Assembly (NCBI GenBank): GCA_963783755.1
Contig: CAWAOY010000003.1
Coordinates: 42,608 to 106,607 of the forward strand
Direction: 5' to 3'
DNA length: 64,000 bases
Source: an uncultured archaeon
GTDB taxonomy: Archaea; Thermoproteota; Nitrososphaeria; Nitrososphaerales; Gagatemarchaeaceae
The position numbers and the translations under genes were made by a program. The notes beneath the pieces were generated by a model. It did not search any database. It had not been told where the DNA came from and worked only from the letters and a program-made list of their open reading frames with translations. Below are positions 9,147 through 20,236 of this stretch, piece after piece; the first letter of the stretch is position 1; every line of letters starts with the position of its first letter.

Positions 9147-10110
9147 TCACTTCAAAGTCCTCGAACTCGAGCTCTTCGCAATCGCACATGTCATCTTGAA
9201 AAGCGGCGCCCCGCGATATATACGGATTTCGTCCTTTAACCCTCGGCTCGTCAATTGCTCGATCGCGGTCAACAGGGCCTGCGTCCCGACGTCTCCGAGG
9301 CCCTCCTCCTCGAGCTGGGTGTAGAGCCCGTGGACTAGCGCCGTCGCCGGGAGAGGGCGCGTCGAGGTCGTTCGCCGTCTCGAGCACGTATCGGAGGTCC
9401 TTTTGCAGGAGCTTCACCTTGAAGCCCGGCGCGAAGTCCCGCCTCGCCATCCTCGGCCCGAGGTTGACCAGGCTCCATGACGAGGCCGCCCCGGCCGAGA
9501 GCGAGTCGATGACCTTCCCGACGTCCAGGCCGGCCTTCTTCGCGAAGTTGAGGCACTCGCAGACGCCGACCATGTTGCATGCGACGAGGATCTGGTTGGC
9601 GAGCTTGGTCAGCTGACCGGAGCCGGCCCGCCCATGTGCACGACCTTCTTTCCCAGCACCTGGAGGATGGGCAGGCACTCCTCGAAGACGGCGACGTCGC
9701 CTCCAACCATGATGGTGAGGGTGCCTTCTCGGGCGCCGGTGTCGCCGCCGCTCACGGGGGCGTCGAGCATCCTCACGCCCTTGGCCGCCAGCGACGCGGA
9801 GACGCTCCTCGTCACGCTAGGGGAGATGGTGCTCATGTCGATGAGGACTAGCCCGCCGTGCGCGCCCTCGATTACGCCTCCGGGTCCCAGGACCACCTCT
9901 TTGACCGCCTCGGAGTCGGTGACCATTGTGATCACGACGTCGCTGCGTTCCGCGACTGCCTTCGGGGATGCGGCGCGCGCGGCCCCCGACGAGACTAGGA
10001 GGTCGACGGCAGGCTTGTCCTGTTGTAGACCGTCACCTGGAATCCAGCCTTGAGGAGGTTCTGAGCCATGGGGCGGCCCATTATCCCGAGCCCGATGAAA
10101 CCGATCCGGG
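9147..10110 (-). CDS. NAD(P)-dependent 3-hydroxyisobutyrate / 2-hydroxy-3-oxopropionate reductase-family dehydrogenase, about 3 frameshifts; 3' end uncertain
   Basis: Text: [35 protein letters not shown] (Rossmann fold), then [20 protein letters not shown]...LIDMSTISP...[24 protein letters not shown], then [34 protein letters not shown]...[12 protein letters not shown]. True stop is somewhere in 9055-9240. Confidence 0.75.
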
Positions 10111-10138
10111 GGTTCTTCATGTCGCCTGGCCAGCGCTG

Positions 10139-11715
10139 ATGGCCGATATAATTTCGATGCCGCCGAACGCGCTTTTTATGACCGGGCGGGCGATGGTCGC
10201 CGTCCTCTCCTTGTCCGACAAGGTACTGGTCTCCAAGGAGTGCTCCATCGCGACCGAGCACCCTCTCGCCTCGCTGGCGGGGTCCGACGCGATGCGTGCG
10301 GGAGGGAACGCCTTCGACGCTGCCGTCGCGGCGAGCTTCGCGCTCTCGGTGGTGCTACCACACCTCAACGGCCTGGGCGGCGATTTTTTCGCCCTCTTCT
10401 ACGAGGGTAAGACAGGGAAAGTCCGATGCCTGAACGCGCAGCGGTTGGGCGCCATCCGGCGCGACGGTCGAGTCGCTCCGCGCACAAGGGCGGGACGGAG
10501 ATGCCCACGTTCGGCCCCAAGAGCGTCGTGGTCCCGGGGATGGTCGGCGGGGTCGAGGAGCTGCACCGCAGTTTCGGGAGGGCGGAGTTCGCCCCTCTTC
10601 TGGGGAAGGCGGTCGGACTCGCGGAGGGAGGGTTCCCGGTCTCGCGCTGGGCTCGCAAGGGCACTCGGCAGGACACCGGGGGAGCCTCACCGCGCGAAGC
10701 GCTCCTCGCCCTCGGGGTCGACGGCATGGGGCCAGAGCCTGGGGACGACCTTCGGCAGAGGAGCCTCGCAGAGACGTCTGAAGGAGATAGCCGTGGGCGG
10801 CTCGGAGGCGTTCTACGGAGGCGCGCCGCGGAAGAGATGCAGGCAGCGCTCGGAGCGGGGGGGTGGAGCGTTGAGGGGGACGACCTTGCGTTCAGTCCCC
10901 GAATGGGTGGAGCCGCTGGAGGTCGAGTATCGAGGACACCGCAGGTCTTCGAGATTCCCCCGAACAGCATGGGCGCCGCTGCCTTGATGATTCTCAAGGA
11001 GATCGAGGGCGGGGAGCCGCCCGCCCCCGACTCTCTAGAGAGGGTGACCCGGGTGACCGAGGCGACCAAGGTCGCATTGGGTGCGAAGGACGAGTTCATC
11101 GGCGACCCGAGGTTCGTCGGTTTCGACCTCCGAGCCTTCCTAGGCTCCAGGCTGGCGCCCCGCCGGTCTTCCGTGGCCGAAGGCGACACGACCTACTTCG
11201 CGGTGGCGGACGGCGACGGGAACCTGCTCTCGTGCATCCAGAGCCTCTTCCATCCGTTCGGCTCAAGGGTCTACCTCAAGGGCTCGGGCTTCTTCCTGAA
11301 CAACAGGGCCTCGGCGTTCAAGCTCGAAGGGCCCAACAAGCTGGCCCCGAGGAAGAGGCCGGTGCACACTCTCTCCGCCCTCCTGCTCTCGAAGAGGCGA
11401 GGCGAACCCCCGTACCTCGCCATGGGGACGAGCGGGGGCGAGCTCCGCCCGCAGCTGCACGCGCTCTTCGTCTCCAACGTCGTCGACTACTCGATGGACG
11501 TAGAAGGAGCTCTGGGCTACCCCCGCTTCGTCTGGGACGGGGAGAGAGGACGTCGTCGAGAGAGGATACAGGCTGACGAGGGAAGCGCCGACCGATGTCC
11601 GTGTGGTTGAATATCCCGTCTCGCCATGGCGTCGCGCAGGGGATCGAGCTGACGCCGGCCAGGGAAGAAGGCGGTCTGCGACATCCGTGGAGACGGGGCG
11701 CCCGCGGGGTTCTAG
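10139..11715 (+). CDS. ggt: gamma-glutamyltranspeptidase family protein, at least 4 frameshifts
   Basis: Text: [51 protein letters not shown]. The autoprocessing/nucleophile site is [25 protein letters not shown]. Further: [25 protein letters not shown]-terminus in another frame: GVAQGIELT...RGDGAPAGF, stop at 11713-11715. Confidence 0.85.
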
Positions 11716-11918
11716 GTGACGGAGAGTAGGATCAGGCGCTGTCTCGTTCTGCATGCACGCCACCTTCCTGTAAGAGCAGCAAGTGCAGCGAGAGCAGGAG
11801 ACGGTGTTCAGGTGCTTGCAGACGTTGCAGATGCAATTGGCATGGCAGGACATCTCTCCTTTCTGAACCAATCTGCTCTCTGGCGCTCGGCGGCCTCAGA
11901 CGCTCTTCGAAGGCCGTA

Positions 11919-12365
11919 TCATGAGGATGACCCTTTTCTCATTCGGGTCCCGACCTCTTGTATTTCGGCTCTCCCCGTGTACTTCATGGAGAGCTTGTCG
12001 ATGTGGTCGTCCGCGGCCTTGCCCGTCACCTTCTTCACGACCTTGCCGCTGATCGAGACGTAGTCGTATGGGTTGGAGAGGTCGAAGACTCCGACGGTCA
12101 CCCTGGGATCCCTGGTCACGTTCTTGGCCTTCTGCCTCCCCAGCGCAGTATTGACGAGGACGTTCTCGCCGTCGGTGTCGACCCAGGTCGGGGTGAGCTG
12201 GGGCGTGCCGTCTTTGTTCACGGTCGCGACGAAGGCGAAGTTCTTGCCCTTCAAGAGCTTCTTCGCCTTCTCTGATAGCTCGGCCAAGGTCGAGAGCCTC
12301 GGCTCCGCGAGGGAGAGATAACCGTTTCCCTCCGAGAGGTGGCCGGTCGTCTGCGAACCCGCCAA
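11919..12365 (-). CDS. pyridoxamine 5'-phosphate oxidase-family (PPOX-class, possibly F420-dependent) protein
   Basis: Intact 148-aa ORF. Text: LLKGKNFAFVATVNKDGTPQLTPTWVDTDGENVLVNTALGRQKAKNVTRDPRVTVGVFD...YVSISGKV...HIDKLSMKYTG. Confidence 0.7.
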   Translation of the reverse strand: MAGSQTTGHLSEGNGYLSLAEPRLSTLAELSEKAKKLLKGKNFAFVATVNKDGTPQLTPTWVDTDGENVLVNTALGRQKAKNVTRDPRVTVGVFDLSNPYDYVSISGKVVKKVTGKAADDHIDKLSMKYTGRAEIQEVGTRMRKGSSS

Positions 12366-12765
12366 GCCTTATCAGGGGGAAGGGGCCTCAATCGTCCGCT
12401 CTTGCCGGTCCCTAGGAAGGTCTCTCTGGGCGAGTCTCAGGTGACCATCGAGTGGAGCGACGGCCACAGGAGCGTCCACTCCAACATGAGGCTGCGAGAG
12501 GCGTGCCCCTGCGCCATGTGCCAGGGAGAGCCTCCCGCGATCGGCGTGAGCCGAGTCATCCCGCTCATGGTGGCCGCGCCCGAAGGGATCTGTCGCCGAG
12601 AGATACTCCATGGTCGGCCGGTACGCGATCTCGTTCGCCTGGTCGGACGGCCACAGCACGGGCATCTACCCGTACGATTACCTCCTGGAGATGTGCGAAT
12701 GCGAGGCGTGCGCCGCCGAGGCCGCGACGAAGGTCGGGCAGGGCGGATTAATATCAAGAGGATGA
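12339..12765 (+). CDS. DUF971 (gamma-butyrobetaine hydroxylase-like N-terminal domain) protein, 1 frameshift near 12590
   Basis: Text: VTIEWSDGHRSVHSNMRLREACPCAMCQGEP. A second half-repeat appears after a frame change: YAISFAWSDGHSTGIYPYDYLLEMCECEACAAEA. Stop at 12763-12765. The real start is probably internal (TTG near 12393), because the track start overlaps the divergent PPOX gene. Confidence 0.6.
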
Positions 12766-12774
12766 GAGTGATGC

Positions 12775-15647
12775 ATGGTGGTTCGCATGGAAGGGATTGA
12801 GGTCTTCGACTCGCTCGCCGACCCGGTGAAGGCCCTCCTCGAGGAGAGCGGGATCACGCTCGCCGACGCCTCCGCAGATGGAGGCGATCCCCTTGATCGC
12901 GAACGGCGCAGAACGTGCTCATAGTCGCGCCCACCGGGTCGGGGAAGACCGAGGCGGCGATCCTCCCGCTCCTGAGCAACCTGGTGCAGCCGCGGCCCCA
13001 GGCACGGGATATCGCTGCTCTACATCACGCCGCTCCGCGCCCTGAACAGGGACATGCTCAGGCGGCTCCAGTTCTGGTGCGGGAAGCTCTCGCTCACGCT
13101 CGACGTCCGGCACGGGGACACGCCGCAGGCGCAGAGGCAGCGCCAGTCGAGGAACCCCCCGGACGTGCTGGTCACCACACCCGAGACGCTCCAGGCCATG
13201 CTCCCGGGAGCAGGATGCGCGAGAGCCTCGCGGGCGTCAAGGCGGTGGTCGTGGACGAGCTGCACAACCTCGTCGAGAGCAAGAGGGGCGTCCAGCTCAC
13301 GGTCGGGCTGCAGCGCCTCAGGAAGGTCGCCGGGGACTTCCAGGTCGTCGCCCTCTCCGCCACGATCGGGAGCCCCGGAGACCGCGGCGAGCTTCATCTT
13401 CGGCGGGCGACGCACACGCATAGTGCGGGCCCCGGCGCCGAAGCAGGTCGGCTACTTCGTGGAGTACCCGACGCCCAAGCCTGAGGACGGCGCGGTCTCG
13501 AGGGAGATCTTCACGACGATCGACCTCGCGGCCAGGCTCGCCAGGATGAGCGACCTGATCTCGTCGCACAAGTCGACGCTCGTCTTCGTGAACAGCAGGA
13601 CGACCGCCGAGATGCTGGGCGAGAAGCTCAACAGGATGCGGGGCGACGTCGGGGTCCACCACGGCTCGCTACCCCGCGAGGAGCGGGAGAGGGTGGAGAC
13701 CGCGTTCAGGACTGGAGAGATCAAGGCGCTGGTCTGCACCTCGACGCTGGAGCTGGGCATCGACATCGGGGCGGTCGACCTCGTGGTCCAGTACATGTCC
13801 CCGAGGCAGGTGACCTCCCTAATCCAGAGGGTCGGGAGGTCGGGGCACAGCCTCAGGCGGGTCTCGAAGGGCGTCCTCCTCACCGTTGGCGCCGACGACA
13901 TACTGGAGTCCACCGCCGCCGTCTCAGAGGCGCTCCGAGGGGAGGATGGAGGAGACGCAGCCCTACGAGAAGAGCCTCGACGTCCTCGCGCACCAGATCG
14001 CCGGGTACCTCATGGACTACGAAGTCGTCGAGAGCTGCGACGCTCCTCCAGGAGTTCAGGTCGTGCCACCCGTACAGGGACCTCGACGCGGAGACGATGG
14101 AGAGGGTGGTCGTCATACCTCGGCGAGCTGCGGAAGCTCAGGAGGGACGGAGGGAAGCTCGTCAGGACGAGGGGGACGAGGGAGTACTACTACCAGAACC
14201 TCTCCACCATCCCCGACGAGACGCGGTACTTCGTCATCGACGTGGCGAACAACCAGACCGTCGGGATACTCGGGGAGGAGTTCGTGCATGCTCCAGGCCA
14301 AGGTGGGGCTGCACTTCATCCTGAAGGGGAGGATCTGGCAGATGGAGAAGATAGCCGAACGACAGGAAGATCTACGTCACTTCGGTCGAGGACCCGCTCG
14401 CCGCGGTCCCGGGGTGGGACGGCGAGATGCTGCCCGTCCCATACGGGCTCGCGCAGAGGAGCGGCGAGCTGAGGAGGAGGGTCGGGGCGCTGGTGTCCGG
14501 GTCGTCCCCAGAGGCGGCTGCCCGCGCGCTCAGCGAGGAGCTCCCCGTGACCGAGGCCGCGATGAAGCTGGTCGCGGACGACGATCGACGAGCACGTCAA
14601 GACGGGCGCCCCCCTCCCGTGCGACGACCTCATCCTCCTGGAGGGGTGGCAGAAGTACCTGGTCGTCCACTCGTGCTTCGGGGAGAAGGTCAACCGCCTC
14701 CTCGCCTACACCTTCGAGGAGGTGCTTTCGAGGAGGGGGCTCATCAGGCTCTGGTACATGGACGGATACAGGATACTGATCGAGCTGACCACGGACGCCG
14801 TCGGAGCTCGACCTGAAGGCAGCTCTCGAAGGACCTCTTCGGGATGACGCCGGAGGAGTTCGAGGAGACCTACGCGGTCGCCGCCCAGAGGAACTTCCCC
14901 TTCCCCACGCGGGTGAAGCAGGTCGCCGAGAGGTTCGGGGCGCTCCGCAGAGGCCAGTTCATCGCGCACCCCAACCTGTGCTCGCTGCCCACCAGGTTCG
15001 AGAACACCCCGATCTTCGAGGAGGCGGTCCAGGAGACCGGGAGGGACATGATAGACATGCCCAGGGCGAAGGAGCTCCTCGTCGAAGGTGGCGAGCGGGG
15101 AGGTCAGCGGTGGAGACCTTCCTCTCCGAGGAGAGGCCCACCCCGATAGCCTACAACATCCTCTACAAGTACCTCGAGGTGCCCGAGCTCGTCGCGCCGG
15201 ACTCGCTGGCCAAGTCGACGGTCGAGAAGATGAGGCTCAGCATCTACGGCACGTCGGTGGAGCTGGTCTGCATGAAGTGCGGCGAGGGCCAGGGCCGCAC
15301 GACGATAGGCGAGCTCGCCGAGGAGCCCGTCTGCAGACGGTGCGGCTCCGGGCTGCTGGCCCCCAGCTTCTGGACTCGGGCAAGGTCTCCGAGCTGGTGA
15401 GGAGGAAGCTCGCCCGGCGCGAGCGCCCCTGAGCGAGGACGAGAGGTCGGAGCTGGCAAAGGCGAGGAGGGCAGCGGACCTTGTCCTCTCATACGGGAGG
15501 AGGGCGGTCATCGCCCAGGCGGTCTACGGCATCGGGCCGCAGACCGCGGCGAGGATCCTCGCGCGGATGCACGAGGACGAGGAGAGGTTCTACAAGGAGC
15601 TGCTCGAAGCGAAGCTGAAGTTCATCGAGACCCGGCCGTTCTGGTAG
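12775..15647 (+). CDS. lhr: Lhr-type DEAD/DEAH-box ATP-dependent helicase, at least 8 frameshifts
   Basis: Motif I VAPTGSGKTEAA. Further: LYITPLRALNRDM, VVVDELHNLVESKRG (motif II), VALSATIGSP, TLVFVNSRTTAE, VHHGSLPREERE, LVCTSTLELGIDIG, QRVGRSGH. The C-terminal DEAD/H-associated region ends KLKFIETRPFW, stop at 15645-15647. Confidence 0.85.
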
Positions 15648-15653
15648 CGGAGC

Positions 15654-16247
15654 CTACGGCCTCATCGCGTTCAGGAAGAACGACGTGATGACGTCGCCCT
15701 TCCTCTCGATGTCCAGCGACTTTGAGAAGTGGATCTTCTGGAAGAGGACGTGGTTGAGCATCCCGATGAGGCAGTCCGCGGCCTCCTCGGCCTCGACGTT
15801 GCGGAAGTCGCCCGACCTCATCCCCTTCTGGACGATCGACGTCGGCGATCGTCTGGACCTCGTCGAGCTGCCTGCTCACCACCTCCGGCGCTCCGGTTGT
15901 CGAGCTTGGCGGTCTCCCTCATGTAGAGGCCTGGGTCGAAGGCGGCTCTGCGGGAAGGCGGTGAGGTAGATCTTCGACGAAGGACGCCACCGCCTTCGGG
16001 ACGTCCTTGGTCGCGGACGTCTCGCTCAGCCGGGAGATGAACTGCGCGCGAGGCTGAGCTTGTCGCTCACCGCCGCCCTGAAGAGGCCCTTCTTGTCCTT
16101 GAAGTAGTAGTAGATCATCGGGGCGCTGGTCTTGGCCTCCTTGCAGACGTCCCTTATCGAGACGTTCGAGTAGCCCCTCTCGGCGAAGAGCCGCGCGGCC
16201 ACGGCGAGGATCTCGTTCGGCCCGGGCTTGCTCTTCTGCACCTGCAT
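15654..16247 (-). CDS. TetR/AcrR family transcriptional regulator, 2-3 frameshifts
   Basis: N-terminal HTH: ILAVAARLFAERGYSNVSIRDVCKEAKTSAPMIYYYFKDKKGLF. C-terminal ligand domain in other frames: GMRSGDFRNVEAEEAADCLIGMLNHVLFQKIHF...ITSFFLNAMRP. ATG at 16245-16247. Confidence 0.8.
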
Positions 16248-16272
16248 GCGCGCTCTCTCGAATCGAGACTCC

Positions 16273-16288
16273 AACGTTATTAACGGTT
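16273..16288. promoter_or_regulatory. imperfect palindrome AACGTTATTAACGGTT in the TetR / membrane-protein divergent intergenic region; candidate operator
   Basis: Read directly. A second small palindrome, AACGA-GCGT-TCGTT, lies at about 16361-16374, followed by CCTTAAATC (TATA-like) about 15-20 nt before the ATG at 16397. Confidence 0.25.
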
Positions 16289-16396
16289 GTGCAGGAATTC
16301 CGGAGCAGAGACCGGGCCTCGGCCGGTCCGGCCCCGAAAGACTAGCGAGGAGCCAACCTAACGAGCGTTCGTTAACCCTTAAATCGCGTTCGCAGA

Positions 16397-16952
16397 TGCC
16401 GCAATGCCGTTTGGCAGCCAGCACGAGGAGAATCGCCCTCGGCGGCCTCTTCGGCGTGATTGATCCTCGTGATGAATGGATTCATCCCGGCGCCGACGTC
16501 TGACTTCTTCATTGTCTTCCAGTCGCTCTTCCTCGCGCTGAGCTACCTCGTCGTCGGGAGGGGAGGCGCGACCTACGTGGGCGTCGTCAGCGGCGCTGCT
16601 CATCACCTTCCGTGAAGGTCGGGCTTCTTCCCCGTCGACCTCGTCTTCGCGACTCATGTTCGGAGTGCTGGTGGACGTCCTGGCGACGGCCTTGCGCGTC
16701 CAAGGAGGATGGGAGGGCGAGGACCTCGAGGCTGAGTGGTCTGCATGATGATCAGCACTGGCGTGGTGGGCTTGGCCGCGTTCTACGTGAGCGTGATACT
16801 CTTCCCGAGCGCCTTCACGGCTGTTCCCCACGACCCCATCACCGACTTGACCATCCTCGATCTTCGGGGTGGTCAGCGGCGCGATCGCCGGAGCCATCGC
16901 CGCGCGCCTCTGGAACCGCAACCTGATGGCCAGGTTCTATAACAGGTACTGA
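16397..16952 (+). CDS. hypothetical polytopic membrane protein, about 4 frameshifts
   Basis: Hydrophobic segments recovered across frames: IALGGLFGVI, LILVMNGFIPAPTSDFFIVFQSLFLALSYLVVG, MFGVLVDVLATAL, MMISTGVVGLAAFYVSVILFPSAF, IFGVVSGAIAGAIAARLW...RFYNRY. Stop at 16950-16952. Divergent from the TetR gene. No family recognised. Confidence 0.4.
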
Positions 16953-16998
16953 GCCGTCGAACAGCTTTAATGCGGTAGGGGCCCGGGCAGGGCAGCCC

Positions 16999-18099
16999 TT
17001 GAGAATCAGGCGGATGTTCGACGGCTTCGACGCATACGGCTGGGAGACCCCGAGCCACGAGATAGCCGAGAAGGTCGGATTGAGGACCGAGCAGATCGTC
17101 AGGCTCGACACGAACACCTCGCCGTTCGCGCCGCTCTCCGAGCTCAGGCTCCTCTCGAAGGTGGCGCAGACGCTGGAGGTCAACCAGTACCCCGACACGA
17201 CCTACCTCGACCTCAGGGAGGGCCTCGCCGCATACTGCGGCGCTAGGGGTCGACCGCTTCGTGGTGACGAACGGCGCCGACGAAGGGCCTGGACATAATC
17301 GCAAAGACCCTCCTGGACAACGGGGACGAGGTCGTCGTCCCCGTCCCGACGTACTCCATGTTCAGGGTCGTCTCCGAGCTGATGGGGGCGCGCATGCGGT
17401 ACGTGAAGAGGAGCCCAGACGACTACTCGATCGGAGCGGACGAGGTTCTCGGAGCGGTCACGCCCAAGACGAAGGTGATATTCCTCTGCAACCCCAACAG
17501 CCCGACGGGCAACCCGATGCCCCTCCCGGAGGTCGAGAGGGTGGCGAAGGAGGCCAGGGCAGCGGTCGCGGTCGACGAGGCGTACTACGAGTTCTGGGGG
17601 AAGACGGCGCTGGGGCTCACCGAGAGATACGACAACCTGGTGGTGTGCAGGACGTTCTCGAAGGCGTTCTCGATGGCGGGGGTGAGGGTGGGGTACCTTG
17701 TCGCCAAGCGCGAGACGGTCGACCAGCTCAACCTTGTCAGGCCTCCGAACAGCGTGAGCGTCATCTCGCTGTTTCTCGCCGAGGCGGCCCTCCGCAACCT
17801 CGGGGAGATGCGGGGCAACGTCAGGAAGGTGGTGGGCGAGAGGAGGAGGGTCTTCAAGGCGCTCAAGAAGATAGGCTCGGTCGAGCGCGTTCCCGAGCGA
17901 GACGAACTTCGTCCTGTTCAGGGTCGACGGCGGGGCCGACGAAGGCGAAGAGGCTGCACGAGGCGCTGATGAGGAAGCGGGTTTGTCCTTCGGAGCTACT
18001 CCAAGGCCAGCGGAGTGGGCGACTGCCTCCGCCTCACGATAGGGACGCGGGAGGTGAACGACCGCGTTCCTCTCCGCCCTCAGCGAAGCCGCAAGATAG
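16999..18099 (+). CDS. hisC: histidinol-phosphate aminotransferase, about 3 frameshifts
   Basis: Text: IVRLDTNTSPFAP...QYPDTTY...VVTNGADEGLDIIAKTLLDNGDEVVVPVPTYSMF...VIFLCNPNSPTG...VAVDEAYYEF...VVCRTFSKAFSMAGVRVGY (PLP lysine)...ETNFVLFRV...LRLTIGTREVNDR. Reconstructed stop at 18097-18099. Confidence 0.85.
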
Positions 18100-18157
18100 A
18101 AGCGGCCATGCACAGCAACGTATATTCGCCCGAGGACGTGGGGAGAGAGCCTCACTC

Positions 18158-18625
18158 ATGAAGCTGGAGCGCGGAGAGGTCGGGATCGTCGTCGTCCAGT
18201 TCGCCGCACTCGTCGCCGTGGTCCTGCTGCTCTCGAACTTCTCGCCTGGCCAGAGCGCGCAGTCCACCCCCGTCATCACTCGGTCTACTGGGGCACCTCC
18301 GAGCCAGGGGGTCGCTCTGGCCGCCGGTAAGCTCACGACGGTCGCCCAGAACGAGAGCGTCGTGACGGCGTATTTCACGGTCGCGTTCTCGACCCAGGTC
18401 TCCGCGGTCTCTGGCTCGCGTCTGTGCACCGGGCCGAATTCTAGCTTGGGCGAGTCGACGACATATACCATCATCCCGTTCACCTACGAGAAATCGAAGG
18501 GCTCAGGGACGATACCGCTTTCCCCCACCGGCCAGCCGGCAGGGTGGGTCTGCACATACACTATCAAGGTCACCGACAGCCTCTCACAGACCACCACGTG
18601 GCTAGGCTCGGTCGAACTCACCTGA
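18158..18625 (+). CDS. hypothetical membrane-anchored or secreted protein
   Basis: ATG at 18158. N-terminal hydrophobic anchor IVVVQFAALVAVVLLLSNF, followed by a Ser/Thr-rich, beta-rich ectodomain (TVAQNESVVTAYFTVAFSTQV...WVCTYTIKVTDSL). No family recognised. Confidence 0.5.
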   Translation: MKLERGEVGIVVVQFAALVAVVLLLSNFSPGQSAQSTPVITRSTGAPPSQGVALAAGKLTTVAQNESVVTAYFTVAFSTQVSAVSGSRLCTGPNSSLGESTTYTIIPFTYEKSKGSGTIPLSPTGQPAGWVCTYTIKVTDSLSQTTTWLGSVELT

Positions 18626-18634
18626 AGCCCGGCC

Positions 18635-18808
18635 TCATCCTCCTCGCAGCTCGATCCTGCACTGCGGGCATGCCGGCTTCTTGAAGAGAAACCCTACCTT
18701 GTCCTTGGCGCACCTCTCGCAGTATAGGTGCTGACACGTCGAGCATCTCCAAGCGGGAGGTTTGAAGAGCCCGCCTATCTCCTTCCCGCACTTGAAACAG
18801 AACCCTCT
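18635..18808 (-). CDS. small zinc-ribbon protein (about 57 aa)
   Basis: My own translation: (TTG)TRGFCFKCGKEIGGLFKPPAWRCSTCQHLYCERCAKDKVGFLFKKPACPQCRIELRGG, with four CxxC pairs. The track's 18618..18947 ORF is a different, compositionally odd frame. Confidence 0.4.
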   Translation of the reverse strand, partial: RGFCFKCGKEIGGLFKPPAWRCSTCQHLYCERCAKDKVGFLFKKPACPQCRIELRGG

Positions 18809-18908
18809 CGTCAACCCCGCCGCTTCCCCGCTCGAATTGGGAGCCGAGATTTAAGCGGCAACGCGCCCAGGCGGATAGGATAAAGGGAGCTTCGCACGAA
18901 GAGAGCTC

Positions 18909-19451
18909 GTGACGCCCGAGAGCCTTCAAGAGAGATATGCGCCCCACAGCGTCTGCTTCGGTTGCGGCCCGGACAACGAGGAAGGCCTGAGGATTCGCAG
19001 CGTTGTGGAAGGAGAATCAGTCGTCGCAAGGTGGACGCCGAAGCCATACCATCACGCGTTCGGAGATTTCCTCAGCGGGGGCATCATCTCGACCGTCCTC
19101 GATTGTCACAGCAACTGGACCGGCGCGTACTCGCTGATGGTCGAGACGAGGGCAGAGGCCCCTCCGCCGACCGTGACGGCCTCTATCTTCGTGGAATTCC
19201 TAAAGCCGACTCCCATCGGACCGCTTCTCCTCGAGGCCAGGCCGAAGGAGGTCGCAGGCCGCAGGGTCGTCGTTGAGTCGACGCTCAAGGCGAGAGGAGT
19301 GGTCACTGCCACTCTGCGGGGGACCTTCGTCTCGGTGAGGGCGGGCCACCCGGCGGCGAGACGGTGGCAGGCGGGCCGGAGAACGACCGCGAGGGCGGAC
19401 TTGAACGCGAGTCAGCCCTTAGGCTTGGCGCTCTTCGAGAACCTTCGGTAA
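18909..19451 (+). CDS. PaaI-type hotdog-fold thioesterase family protein
   Basis: Text: CFGCGPDNEEGLRIR...ARWTPKPYHHAFGDFLSGGIISTVLDCHSNWTGAY...TASIFVEFLKPTPIG...RRVVVESTLKARGVVTATLRGTFV. The last ~35 aa (Arg/Ala-rich) look like read-through after an indel. Confidence 0.65.
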   Translation: MTPESLQERYAPHSVCFGCGPDNEEGLRIRSVVEGESVVARWTPKPYHHAFGDFLSGGIISTVLDCHSNWTGAYSLMVETRAEAPPPTVTASIFVEFLKPTPIGPLLLEARPKEVAGRRVVVESTLKARGVVTATLRGTFVSVRAGHPAARRWQAGRRTTARADLNASQPLGLALFENLR

Positions 19452-19561
19452 GCGATAACGAAGAAGACCTCCGCGACGACCAGAACGACGAGCCCGAGGG
19501 CGCGCGAGAACGCTAGCGTGAGAACCCCGACAAAGGCAAGGGCCGCGAAGATGATTAGCAT
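19414..19561 (-). CDS. possible small membrane protein (about 48 aa)
   Basis: My own translation: MLIIFAALAFVGVLTLAFSRALGLVVLVVAEVFFVIAYRRFSKSAKPKG. Two hydrophobic helices and a basic tail. Below the track's size cut-off. Confidence 0.25.
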
Positions 19562-19717
19562 CCTTCTGACGCCCTTTTGGTCGACCGAAGGCGGGGAGGC
19601 GTTGCGGAGCCCATCTATCCTTTCGTCCCGGTCGTGCTCTGGTTGCGGTTATATCCGTTCCCATCCCGGCTCGGGGAAAAGTTTAGAAAAATGAGGCGGG
19701 AGCGATGAAAACGGCCA

Positions 19718-20179
19718 TTGAATACTCCCCCGAAGCGGATTTACAACTCAGCCAGCGTCCCCCAAGAGGATTGCATCTTCTGCAAGATCGTGGGTGGGAA
19801 GCTTCCGTCCTACAGGGTCTACGAGGACGAGCGCCACGTCGCCTTTCTGGACATCAACCCCTTCTCCGCGGGGCACACGCTCGTCTGCCCCAGGCGGCAC
19901 GGTGAGACCCTCTGGGACATGGACGAGAAGGAGATAGCGGAGGTCTTCAAGGTCGCTTCGAAGGTCTCGATGGGAGTGGTCGCAGCGACGAAAGCGGACG
20001 GCTTCAGGATCATGCAGAACAACGGCGAGGCGGCAAACCAAGCGGTCGCTCACATCCATGTCCACGTGATCCCGAACAAGCTCGAGGACAAGGGCAAGTT
20101 CAACAGGATGAAGCTGACCGACAGGGAGATGGCCGCGGTCGCCGAATCGATAAGGACAGAGATCGCAAAGCTCGCATGA
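19718..20179 (+). CDS. HIT (histidine triad) family nucleotide hydrolase
   Basis: Intact ORF. Text: DCIFCKIVGGKLPSYRVYEDERHVAFLDINPFSAGHTLVCPRRH, with the histidine triad AVAHIHVHVIPN. Confidence 0.9.
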   Translation: MNTPPKRIYNSASVPQEDCIFCKIVGGKLPSYRVYEDERHVAFLDINPFSAGHTLVCPRRHGETLWDMDEKEIAEVFKVASKVSMGVVAATKADGFRIMQNNGEAANQAVAHIHVHVIPNKLEDKGKFNRMKLTDREMAAVAESIRTEIAKLA

Positions 20180-20236
20180 ATCGAGCATTGGCCGGAGGGT
20201 CGCGAGCGGCGCTCTGGCCTCCTCGAGCTCTGACGC

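Noticed and set aside
9055-9190. A 44-aa acidic mini-ORF ([44 protein letters not shown]) at the end of the dehydrogenase region.
   Set aside because: It may simply be the out-of-frame tail created by an indel near the dehydrogenase stop. There is no independent start context or recognisable family, so it is not reported as a feature.
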